Positions 1-8,235 are shown, numbered from the stretch's first letter. The stretch: DNA of 15,622 nt from Candidatus Hydrogenedentota bacterium (GCA_034408725.1 JAWXCN010000190.1:1-15622), one strand, 5' to 3'. The notes: generated by a model not told the origin, from the letters alone. A program made the numbers and translations.

Positions 1-531
1 CAGGTGACCAGTTCCGTCCCAGGGGAAGACGCGGGCGCAGTGGCGCGCACGCTCGCCGAGGTCTTCGCCGGCGATCCCGCGGGCCCGACACTCATCGTCG
101 ATCTCGTTGGTGACAGCGCGAAGGATGCAGCAGGCGGACGCGGCCTCTTCGACCTTGTGTTGAACGGCGGCGGCAACCTTGAAGATTACGTCACCAATGT
201 CGGTTCATTGTACGTAATGGGCAAAGGCTCCAAGAAGGATTGCCCAACCTACATGTGGAAGTCCGAGCGCATGAAAAACCTGCTCAACGAATTACGCGCG
301 CGCTTTACCCGCGTCGTCATCCACGTCGCCCCTGTACTGACCTCCGGCGATGCCGTGAACCTCGCGCGGCATGCGGACGGGATCGTCGTCGTCGTGAAAT
401 CCGACAGCACGCGCCGCGAGGTCGTAATGCGCGCAATTGAACTCCTCGCGGAATCCAAAGGCCGCGTCCTCGGCGCCGTCCTGACAGACCGCAAACAGAT
501 CATTCCATCGGCGATTTACCGACGAATCTAA
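1..531 (+). CDS. CpsD/CapB family (Wzc C-terminal / BY-kinase-like) polysaccharide biosynthesis P-loop protein, 5'-truncated by the window edge; catalytic motifs degenerate
   Basis: Frame is open from base 1 to TAA at 529-531. The layout follows BY-kinases: VTSSVPGE (Walker A region), LIVD (A'), SERMKNLLNELRARF-x-RVVI, DAVNLARHADGIVVVV, TRREVV, VLGAVL. Confidence 0.85.
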   Translation, partial: QVTSSVPGEDAGAVARTLAEVFAGDPAGPTLIVDLVGDSAKDAAGGRGLFDLVLNGGGNLEDYVTNVGSLYVMGKGSKKDCPTYMWKSERMKNLLNELRARFTRVVIHVAPVLTSGDAVNLARHADGIVVVVKSDSTRREVVMRAIELLAESKGRVLGAVLTDRKQIIPSAIYRRI

Positions 532-550
532 AGCTGCTCACATCTGTTGC

Positions 551-584
551 GCATAGGCGGTCCAATCGGGCCGCCTATGCTTTT
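551..584 (+). terminator. Rho-independent terminator of the CpsD/CapB-like gene
   Basis: Stem GCATAGGCGGTCC (551-563) pairs with GGGCCGCCTATGC (568-580): 13 bp with one G-U pair, loop AATC, followed by TTTT, about 20 nt after the stop. Confidence 0.85.
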
Positions 585-586
585 CA

Positions 587-684
587 TGGAGTGCGGTTGC
601 GGAGCTACCGCTTTCACTTCGGCGACTACCAACCTCACGTATGCACAAGCGCGATGCAGCATCCAAAGCAGTTACGCCGCATTT
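587..684. repeat. REP-like palindromic unit with a degenerate inverted partner
   Basis: TGGAGT-GCGGTTGC-GGA-GCTACCGC-TTT (587-614) is a GGAG-headed imperfect hairpin. CCAAAGCAG...CCGCATTTC (663-685) resembles a decayed reverse-complement copy. Confidence 0.45.
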
Positions 685-773
685 CTTCGTTATCTTCCGC
701 TACTCACTGCGCAACCGCGCTTCCATACTCGGCGCGACCGGATACGCTCGCCCCCCCCGCAGCTCCTGCGCCG

Positions 774-2666
774 TCACAAATCGATCTGCACACCAAGCTC
801 GACCACCTGGTTCGCCGGAATTCCGTAAAACCCCGTCGCGCCGTGCGCAAGCCGCGACAACGTCGCAAATAACGCGATCCGCCACGGCGCCATCGACTTT
901 CCCTTCCCCGTCACGATGCTTTCGCGTCCGAGATAGTAGCCGGTGCTGCGCCGTTCGAACTGCACCCCTTTCGCCGCGGCGAGCTCGACAATGTCGAGAA
1001 CATGGGGCGATTCCATAAATCCGTAATGCGCAATAACATTGAAAAAACCGTGGCCAAGCTCAGTTACCTCTACCCGTTCCTCGGGTGGAACATGGGAAAT
1101 CTCTTCAACGACGATACACAACACGATGGTCTTCTCATGCACGACTTTGTTGTATTTGAGATTGTGCAACAGAACGACCGGCGCGACGTTTGGCGTGCCC
1201 GACATGAATATCGCCGCGCCAGGCACGCGCTTGGGTTTATGCCCCTGGTCAAACACGCTGCTGACGAAATTCTCAAGGGTCAAGGTACGGCGGCGCAAGC
1301 GATCAGATAGAATGCTGCGTCCACGGCGCCACGTGGTCATGACGACGAAAATGATCCCCGCCACGGCCAGGGGAAACCACCCACCATGTGGCACCTTCAG
1401 CATTGTCGAACCCCAGAATGCGACATCGATGAGGATAAACGCTGCGGCGACGAGAATGATCCGATTTATGGGCCAGTTCCACAATTGGCGCATGACTAAA
1501 ATCAGCAATACTGTTGTAATAAGCATAGTCGTCGTCACCGCAACTCCATACGCGGCAGTAAGATTGCTGGACGACCCGAACCCCAGTACCAGCCCGATAG
1601 TCGAGACCATGAGCAGACCATTTACCATTGGAACGTAAATCTGCCCAATCGCGGCGCTCGATGTATGCAGGATGCGGACACGCGGAAGAAATCCGAGCGC
1701 AACGGCTTGGCGTGTCAGCGAGAACGCCCCGGTAATGACGGCCTGCGAAGCGATGATGGCCACGACCGTCGAAAGTATAACCATCGGATACAACAGAAAT
1801 TCGGGCGTGAGCGCGTAAAAGGGGTTGGCCACCTTGCTCGGATCCGTCAACAAGATCGCCCCTTGACCAAAGTAATTTAACAGCAAGGCGAGTAGGGCAA
1901 CGCCAAACCAACCAATCCGGATCGGCCGCCGGCCGAAGTGTCCCATATCCGCATACAGCGCTTCGCCACCGGTGACGGCGAGAAACACGGATCCGAGGAC
2001 CACCAACCCTCCCGCCCCATGATGCATAAAGAATTGCACGGCATACCATGGATTGACCGCGGCAAGCACGTGGGGTTGACGGGCAATAGCCATTACGCCC
2101 AAGGTGGCGAGTGTGATGAACCACAGCAGGATGACCGGGCCGAACATGGCGCCTATCCGGGCTGTCCCATATCGTTGAAGGAGAAAGACGCCGATGAGAA
2201 TCACGATCGCGATAGGCTGTATGTAGCCGGAAAAAATATCGGTGGCGACCTCGAGCCCTTCAACCGCGCTCAGGACGGTAATGGACGGGGTAATCATTCC
2301 GTCGCCGTAAAGCAGTGCGGCGCCGAATATGCCCACTGCGATGAGGAGTCTGCTTTCGCCCCCCGTGGGACCCTTGCGGTTTTTGGTGACCAGCGCCATG
2401 AGCGCCAAAATACCACCCTCGCCGCGGTTGTCCGCCCGCAACACGAATACCATATATTTAACGGAAATGATGAGCACCAGCGCCCAAAAAACCATCGACA
2501 ACACGCCGAGAATCGTGACCGGGGCCACACCAAAGCCGTGTGGCCCGCTGAGGCATTCGCGAATCGTATACAGCGGGCTTGTGCCGATGTCCCCGTAGAC
2601 GACCCCGAGCGCCCCGAGCACAAGCCCGGTCGTTGTCTGTGGTTTAGTCGAAATGTGATTACTCAT
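774..2666 (-). CDS. kup: KUP/HAK/KT family potassium uptake transporter
   Basis: 630 aa. Motifs LGVVYGDIGTSPLY, RADNRGEGGILAL, YGDGMITPSITVLSAVEG, TGGEALYADMGHFG, GQIYVP, HGGWFPL, LLHNLKYNKVVHE; C-terminal VVELG. Confidence 0.97.
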   Translation of the reverse strand: MSNHISTKPQTTTGLVLGALGVVYGDIGTSPLYTIRECLSGPHGFGVAPVTILGVLSMVFWALVLIISVKYMVFVLRADNRGEGGILALMALVTKNRKGPTGGESRLLIAVGIFGAALLYGDGMITPSITVLSAVEGLEVATDIFSGYIQPIAIVILIGVFLLQRYGTARIGAMFGPVILLWFITLATLGVMAIARQPHVLAAVNPWYAVQFFMHHGAGGLVVLGSVFLAVTGGEALYADMGHFGRRPIRIGWFGVALLALLLNYFGQGAILLTDPSKVANPFYALTPEFLLYPMVILSTVVAIIASQAVITGAFSLTRQAVALGFLPRVRILHTSSAAIGQIYVPMVNGLLMVSTIGLVLGFGSSSNLTAAYGVAVTTTMLITTVLLILVMRQLWNWPINRIILVAAAFILIDVAFWGSTMLKVPHGGWFPLAVAGIIFVVMTTWRRGRSILSDRLRRRTLTLENFVSSVFDQGHKPKRVPGAAIFMSGTPNVAPVVLLHNLKYNKVVHEKTIVLCIVVEEISHVPPEERVEVTELGHGFFNVIAHYGFMESPHVLDIVELAAAKGVQFERRSTGYYLGRESIVTGKGKSMAPWRIALFATLSRLAHGATGFYGIPANQVVELGVQIDL

Positions 2667-2936
2667 GGGTCACTTTTTTGTATGGGGGCATGCTTCGCCT
2701 TGGAAGGTGTCAAACAGGCGAATCCGGCAAGTAGACCGCGCCAGAGTACTATGTCCGGCGAAAGACTGCTCCCAATATCTATTTGGTCATTAAGGGACGT
2801 ATGCACCTGTTCCCAGCGGGGAAGGCATTGTCCTGATCCCTCCGCGTACTATCCGCCATTGCTCGTGACAGACAGAAGAGGATTTTACCCGATAGGGGGT
2901 CGTCAATGCACCCGCTCGCGTCCTCGGGTAAAGAAT

Positions 2937-5354
2937 TCAGCCCAGAATCTTGCGAACGTCCGCCGGCAGCGAATGAAGCGCAGACGAGTCCCCAAGGGTC
3001 GTAAGTCGGCATGCACGGAGCACATCCAGTGCTGCTATCACTTCAGGATCGCCTTCAAAGATCGGGCGAAGGGTGTGTTCCGCGATACCGAATTCGACGG
3101 CGTGGTCCCTGCTGAGCGGCATGTGCCGGCGAAGCCAAAGCAGAATTGCGCATCCAAAAGACCGCATATCATCGCTGCACGCTGACACAAGAATCTGGAG
3201 CAAACCCGGACTCGTAGCTGCTTCGCGCAACATTTCCGACAACACCACCGCGCGATGTGTACTGTCCGGGGGAAAAGCACGGAACATGTCAGACACAGCC
3301 GCAATGGCCTCGCCGATGAGGTGCAATTCCAGATACGCGACGATGCGGATGGCATGCGCCCTCACATGATCAGCCTGGAATCCAAGCGCGATTTCACACG
3401 CCTCGATAGTCTCGGCGCGCCGTGCATACCGGTAATGAACAACAGCCATGTTGCAGGAAGCATCCGCGGCCATCTCGCGCAACTTCCCTGATTGCGCGCC
3501 CGTACACGCCGTTACCACGGCTTTGTAAGCCGACATCGATTCGCATTCATGGCCTAGCTGTTGCAAGGCATACCCAAGGTTGAAACGCGCGCTGAGGATC
3601 GCTTCGGCGAAAATACTCTCCGAGTCGGGAGTCGAACAGGCAAGCAAAGCGCGGCTCACGACGATTGAATCGTTGCCGCGGCCCATCGCGATCAGCGCCG
3701 CGCTTTTATTGACCAACGCCACCGCCACGCACGCGAGTACCCCAGGCCGGGTATCCTCCCCGAACTGGCGCACCAGCGTGTCGCAAACGCCCGCGGCTTC
3801 TTCGTAGCGGTGAAGTCTGGCCACTGCGTACGCCGCATTGACAAGGGCGGCGGCCGCAAGTTCGCCGCAAGCCCCGTTCCGCGTGCGCCGCGCCAGTTCC
3901 TGAAAAATCGTAAGCGCCGGGTCATATTGGCCACGCAGTATCTGGGCGGCGCCCCGGTGAAACAGCGCGTTGTCAGGTTCAATGCCAAGCACGGGGCTGG
4001 TCTCTTCCAATTCGAGGAGTGCCTTTCGCGCTTCGGCCAGCGCGCGCATTCCTGCAACCGGCGCTTCCGATGCCCCGAGCGAAACAAACGACTGCGGCTG
4101 AAAATCGTCTATCCCTATCGAGCCGGGATCGGCAATCGTGACATAAAACGAAGCTGGCTGTGTCGCCGTGAAAACTTTCCCCTGGACCAAGGGCTGGATG
4201 CGGCGCCAATCCCGCAATATGCGGTTGACCGACTCGTCGCGTTGTAATTCTCCTGCTTCCTCGGATGCGCCTTCCTGGCTGGCATTGAGCAGGACGAACG
4301 CGGGCGGAAGCGCCAGCATCGGATTTTTGTCGGTAGTGTTGCGCTGCTGACGCTGTGCGGGCGTGGCGCACGCTTCAAGCAGGTGCGCCGACTTCGCCAG
4401 CTCTTCATCGATCGAATTCCGTTCCAGCGGTTCTTCCGGCGCGTCCGTATCGTCGGTGTCGGTTGGTTCGTTCCACAAAACCGTCGGCACGTCGCGGACC
4501 CGCTCCGGCGTCCACACCCCTGGCTGGAACCGCACCATCCAATCGATGGTGTTGTGAATGAGATAAGGGTTCTCGCCGCTTGCCGTCGCAACAGCCTCCG
4601 CAACGTCCAACAGGTCCGAGCACGGCACGCCCTCGCCCGTAAGCAGGCAGGCCGCAAGGTACTGCGCGTCGTCGTGCGCGAGGGGCGTGACTTCAAATTC
4701 CGCGAATGCCTTGCGAAGCGGCGATTCGCGATCACCATAGAGTTGCGCTACCGCTTCGTCGAACTCGGCGCACGCGCTGAATACACAGCGCAGGCGGTGC
4801 CAATCTCCGGGAAACGCCGCCACCGCATCCACCAGTTTGCGAGCGCCTTCGTCCGCGCCCGCGTGGCACATCCGGTCGATTAGCGGACCAAACCCATCGA
4901 GAATGACAGTCGGCGTGGTTGCCCCCGTATGAGACGATGCATGTTGAAGCGTACCGTTGAGCACCATCAGCCAGGGCGCGGCTGGCGTCCCCCCCGCATC
5001 CGGCGAAGCCAGTTTCATGTGCCATTGCGAAACACGCGCGGCCCAGTCTCGCGGCACAATGCCGATGCGGCCAAAACCGATGGCAATGCGCCAAACGACC
5101 TCGGAAATGGTTTGGCACGCGCCTGCATCAATCAGAATGGGCGACGCCCAGTCGGGATGTTGGGCGGCGGCGAGTTTCAGCGCCCACGTTTTGCCCATGT
5201 GGCGCGCGCCAGTGACCCGGAGATTGCTGTCGCGGACAGCGTCCCAAAAGTGCGCCACCAAATCGGAACGGCCAATTACGGCTTCGGACACGCGTTCGTC
5301 GTCTAACGCCCCCACGAGAATTGGCAGTGCCCTGACCGATACCAAAGATGCCAT
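2937..5354 (-). CDS. P-loop NTPase (STAND/AAA-like) fused to C-terminal TPR-like helical repeats
   Basis: 805 aa. VIGR pre-P-loop motif; Walker A GARHMGKT (5187-5210); Walker B-like TVILDGF (4890-4910); GENPYLIH helical motif; acidic linker; then about 5 TPR-like repeats of 40-43 aa (about 3380-3968). Confidence 0.8.
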   Translation of the reverse strand: MASLVSVRALPILVGALDDERVSEAVIGRSDLVAHFWDAVRDSNLRVTGARHMGKTWALKLAAAQHPDWASPILIDAGACQTISEVVWRIAIGFGRIGIVPRDWAARVSQWHMKLASPDAGGTPAAPWLMVLNGTLQHASSHTGATTPTVILDGFGPLIDRMCHAGADEGARKLVDAVAAFPGDWHRLRCVFSACAEFDEAVAQLYGDRESPLRKAFAEFEVTPLAHDDAQYLAACLLTGEGVPCSDLLDVAEAVATASGENPYLIHNTIDWMVRFQPGVWTPERVRDVPTVLWNEPTDTDDTDAPEEPLERNSIDEELAKSAHLLEACATPAQRQQRNTTDKNPMLALPPAFVLLNASQEGASEEAGELQRDESVNRILRDWRRIQPLVQGKVFTATQPASFYVTIADPGSIGIDDFQPQSFVSLGASEAPVAGMRALAEARKALLELEETSPVLGIEPDNALFHRGAAQILRGQYDPALTIFQELARRTRNGACGELAAAALVNAAYAVARLHRYEEAAGVCDTLVRQFGEDTRPGVLACVAVALVNKSAALIAMGRGNDSIVVSRALLACSTPDSESIFAEAILSARFNLGYALQQLGHECESMSAYKAVVTACTGAQSGKLREMAADASCNMAVVHYRYARRAETIEACEIALGFQADHVRAHAIRIVAYLELHLIGEAIAAVSDMFRAFPPDSTHRAVVLSEMLREAATSPGLLQILVSACSDDMRSFGCAILLWLRRHMPLSRDHAVEFGIAEHTLRPIFEGDPEVIAALDVLRACRLTTLGDSSALHSLPADVRKILG

Positions 5355-5484
5355 AGTCCATCACCCCGATCCCAAGAAAAAGCCTGGCCCAAGTGCAAAG
5401 CCTAAACTTAGGGAAGACTACGAAACTGGTTGTAGCGTTTGCCGATCCCGTGAAATGACCGCTGGTACTAGAACCGACACTGAT

Positions 5485-5513
5485 ACTATATCGTGTGGAC
5501 ACTTCGTAGTCAA
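5485..5513 (-). promoter_or_regulatory. sigma70-type promoter of the NTPase-TPR gene
   Basis: Minus strand TTGACT (5513-5508), 17-nt spacer, TATAGT (5490-5485); AT-rich sequence lies upstream of the -35. Confidence 0.7.
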
Positions 5514-5542
5514 GAACGAAATAGGGGGTATATTTATCGAAT

Positions 5543-6646
5543 TTATTGATTCGAGGTGAGCGCCGAAACTACCTTGTCGCCAAATTGAACCGTCCCAATG
5601 ACCTCGGAACGGCCCTCGGGATCACGCAGATCCGCCGTCGTGAATCCCGCCCCGAATACCGACCGCATCGCGTCCATGATTCGCCGCGCTTCCTGCTCCA
5701 TCCCAAAGCTCTTTTCGAGCATCATCGCGACAGAACCAATCATCGAGTACGGGTTCGCGATACCCTTGCCGGCGATGTCCGGCGCAGAACCGTGGGACGG
5801 CTCGTAATACGACTTTTCCGCGCCGATGCACGCGGAGGGCATCAGTCCCAGCGAGCCAAGCAGACCGCCCCCGAGATCGCTCAAAATATCGCCAAACATG
5901 TTTTCCATCACCATCACGTCGAACTGGCGCGGATTGAGGATCAGCGCGGTGGCCGCGGCATCGACGATGGCGTGCTTCACGGTAACGTCCGGGTACTCCG
6001 GCGCAACTTCGTCAAGCACCTGGTTCCACAGCACGCTGGATTTGAGGACGTTGCTCTTGTGGATGTTGTGGAGCACCTTCTTGCGTTTTCGCGCTTCCTG
6101 AAACGCGATGTGCAGAATGCGGCTGATCTGGTCTTCGTCGTACTCGAGCACTTCGTTCACGTAACGGCGGCCGGCGGCGTTTATGCCTTCTTCTTTACGG
6201 CCAAAATAGAGGCCGCCCACCAGCTCGCGGATCATCATGATGTCGATGCCGCCGTCAACGACGCGCGCCTTCAATGGCGAGAAATGCGCCAGTTCCGCGG
6301 GCAGGTACACCGGCCGGAAATTCGCAAACGTGTTGTAGCGGCGTCGAAGGGGTAACAGCGCCCCGCGCTCCGGCTGTTCGTCCACCGGAATCTTCTGTGA
6401 GTCCGCGTGGCTGAGGCCGATCGGGCCTTTCAAGATAGCGTCCGCGGCATCGCACACCGCCATCGTTTCGTCGGGAAACGCCTTGCCGCAATCGAAGTAG
6501 GCCTTGCCGCCAAATGGCGCATATTTCAGATCGAATTTCACGCCGGATTGTTCTTCGATGACACGCAAGACTTTCACCGCCTCAACGGCGATTTCCGGTC
6601 CGATGCAATCGCCTTCGAGGACGGCAATGGTGTAGGTCTTGGACAT
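5543..6646 (-). CDS. leuB: 3-isopropylmalate dehydrogenase
   Basis: Motifs GDCIGPEI, PERGALLPLR, ANFRPV, IRELVGGLYFG, HKSNVL, ENMFGDILSD, EPSHGSAPDIAGKGIANP. Start moved to ATG 6646 (MSKTYTIAV), which follows an AAGGGA RBS. Confidence 0.93.
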   Translation of the reverse strand: MSKTYTIAVLEGDCIGPEIAVEAVKVLRVIEEQSGVKFDLKYAPFGGKAYFDCGKAFPDETMAVCDAADAILKGPIGLSHADSQKIPVDEQPERGALLPLRRRYNTFANFRPVYLPAELAHFSPLKARVVDGGIDIMMIRELVGGLYFGRKEEGINAAGRRYVNEVLEYDEDQISRILHIAFQEARKRKKVLHNIHKSNVLKSSVLWNQVLDEVAPEYPDVTVKHAIVDAAATALILNPRQFDVMVMENMFGDILSDLGGGLLGSLGLMPSACIGAEKSYYEPSHGSAPDIAGKGIANPYSMIGSVAMMLEKSFGMEQEARRIMDAMRSVFGAGFTTADLRDPEGRSEVIGTVQFGDKVVSALTSNQ

Positions 6647-6800
6647 GGTTTTCCCTTCTACGAAAAAAACGGTGAGCGGATAGGGTAGCAAACATAACCG
6701 CGAGGGTTCTAGGGATCATTTCGGAGCGGAGAGCGGAAAATGGAATCTCTTATAGGCGGGTTGACTGTTGCGATTACCAAGAGACTGCCGAACCTCTCTT

Positions 6801-6832
6801 AAGTCTCCCTTGGAAGGGGGATTTAGGGGGAT
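6801..6832. repeat. Short palindromic intergenic repeat of the CCCTT..AAGGGGGATTTAGGGGGAT type
   Basis: AAGTCTCCCTT-GG-AAGGGGGATTT is an imperfect inverted repeat followed by AGGGGGAT. It resembles a dispersed REP-like motif I recall from many bacterial genomes. Confidence 0.55.
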
Positions 6833-6989
6833 GTCTATTTGGACTTCGCCTGCGGAGTCTTCGTCGATTGCAGCGAATGCACAATATAGCCGCCACGCCA
6901 ATTAACCGCTTCATGGGGAACTCCGGGTCCGTTGGGTTTTGCGCAAGTTGCCCCTTCATGGATAATTCGAAAACGCCCCGCCCTTTGAT

Positions 6990-7811
6990 TCATTCGTCGA
7001 CTTCCAGGCGTTCCCAAAGTTCGTACTGTTCGTGATTTTTTGAGATGGCAAAGGCGAGGAATGGAATCCACACGCATTGAATCGCCAACCATACGATTGC
7101 GAGTTTGCCCGTGATCAATGCGAGCATTTCCCGGGGGGCCATACCGTTTACATTGGGTAACGCCAGCGACACAAGGTACGCGGATGCGACCACAAAGATC
7201 GATACGTATAGATTGATGAAAAGCGTGGCCGCAAGGGATCTGCGGAGCAGGCTTACCTTTGTGCGCTTCGATAGGGCGCGACGAATCCCCGTGATATCGG
7301 CAAGGAGATACGCGAAAAATGTGACCATGATTGCAACAACCACAATAAGAAGCGCGGGGAGCAGAACGAAGCGCACGATCCCCGTGTTGTCAGATGCTCC
7401 GAGCGCGAGGTTCAACCACGTATCCCAATTAAAGATTACAACCGGAATGAATGTCGCGGCTAGAATCCAAATAGAACAGACGAGCGTTGTCACAGTGGCG
7501 TAATGTAAAGTGGTCTCGCCTTCGCGCCGGTCGAACCCGCGATCCATTGCGCCTATGCGCGGCAGCGACACGAAAAGCCATTGTTCGATCCGGGGGACGG
7601 AATCTTGTAGTTCTGCGCGGAGTTCGCCGGGATCACCGAGATTTGCAATAGCAAGCGCAATGGCTTCGCTCTCGTTCATGCCCTGCGCAGCGGCGGATTC
7701 GGCGCGTTGCGTGAGATGCGCGAGGAGTTCCTCGCGCATCGTGTTTTTGCGCCTCTGGCTCGCGCGGATGGGCCGCACGATACGTTCGACGTGGATGCGC
7801 AACGGTTCCAT
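6990..7811 (-). CDS. PadR-associated membrane protein with N-terminal HAAS / permease-prefix domain
   Basis: N-terminus REELLAHL...AIALAIANLGDPGELRAEL is typical of proteins downstream of padR; about 4 hydrophobic segments follow. ATG 7811 follows GGAGG and sits 2 nt after the padR stop. Confidence 0.8.
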   Translation of the reverse strand: MEPLRIHVERIVRPIRASQRRKNTMREELLAHLTQRAESAAAQGMNESEAIALAIANLGDPGELRAELQDSVPRIEQWLFVSLPRIGAMDRGFDRREGETTLHYATVTTLVCSIWILAATFIPVVIFNWDTWLNLALGASDNTGIVRFVLLPALLIVVVAIMVTFFAYLLADITGIRRALSKRTKVSLLRRSLAATLFINLYVSIFVVASAYLVSLALPNVNGMAPREMLALITGKLAIVWLAIQCVWIPFLAFAISKNHEQYELWERLEVDE

Positions 7812-7813
7812 GT

Positions 7814-8152
7814 TCAAGCCTCCACTATGCTGTCGATGACGCGTACAAAATTTCGCCAGGATTGACGGCTGCTTTCCAACTGACGCGAGCCTTTTGAAGT
7901 AATGCGGTAAATGCGCCGGCGCGGGCCGCGCCGCGTGTCCTTGCCAGACTCCCAGCGCGCGGAAACCAGGCCCGCCTGTTCCAGCCGGTACAACGCAGGA
8001 TACAACGTACCTTCTTTTAGCGCGAGCGCGCCCGACCCGGCGTCTTCGATGCGGCGAAGGACTTCATAGCCATGCGCCTCTCCTCGAGCAATTACGGACA
8101 GGACCAGCGTGGCGAGGTGACCGCGCAATTCGTCTCCGGTGATCTTGATCAT
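7814..8152 (-). CDS. PadR family transcriptional regulator
   Basis: 112 aa. Motifs LVLSVI...HGYEV, EGTLYPALYRLEQAGLV, RRIYRITSKG, and the C-terminal W. Confidence 0.95.
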   Translation of the reverse strand: MIKITGDELRGHLATLVLSVIARGEAHGYEVLRRIEDAGSGALALKEGTLYPALYRLEQAGLVSARWESGKDTRRGPRRRIYRITSKGSRQLESSRQSWRNFVRVIDSIVEA

Positions 8153-8188
8153 GGTATATATTTAGACAGACTGGGTAGTATTTGTCAA
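8153..8188 (-). promoter_or_regulatory. padR promoter with candidate autoregulatory operator
   Basis: Perfect TTGACA at 8188-8183 on the minus strand. An AT-rich non-consensus -10 region abuts the ATG, with no SD. An imperfect palindrome TATTTAG-N5-CTGGGTA lies at 8159-8177. Confidence 0.5.
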
Positions 8189-8207
8189 GAGGGGGCGAAA
8201 ATAGATA

Positions 8208-8235
8208 GCGACATGCGTCCGTTTTCAATTATGCT
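8208..8235 (+). promoter_or_regulatory. Putative promoter of vapBC, giving a probably leaderless transcript
   Basis: GCGACA (8208-8213), 16-nt spacer, TATGCT (8230-8235); the ATG follows 7 nt later with no SD. Confidence 0.45.

Noticed and set aside
2883..2907. Minus-strand TTGACG...TAAAAT as the kup promoter
   Set aside because: The spacer is only 13 nt.
2667..2936. c-di-AMP (ydaO) riboswitch upstream of kup
   Set aside because: I could not find the conserved GCTGAA, GGGGGAA and GTCAGCTAA-type elements.
1938..3185. 415-aa plus-strand ORF
   Set aside because: Antisense to kup and the NTPase-TPR gene, with no recognisable motifs; a typical high-GC shadow ORF.
5400..5470. c-di-GMP-I riboswitch suggested by GGCAAAC on the minus strand
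   Set aside because: The GAAA tetraloop stem and downstream GACGCAAA motif are absent.
6647..6989. Leucine attenuator or T-box upstream of leuB
   Set aside because: No Leu-codon-rich short ORF and no T-box consensus seen.
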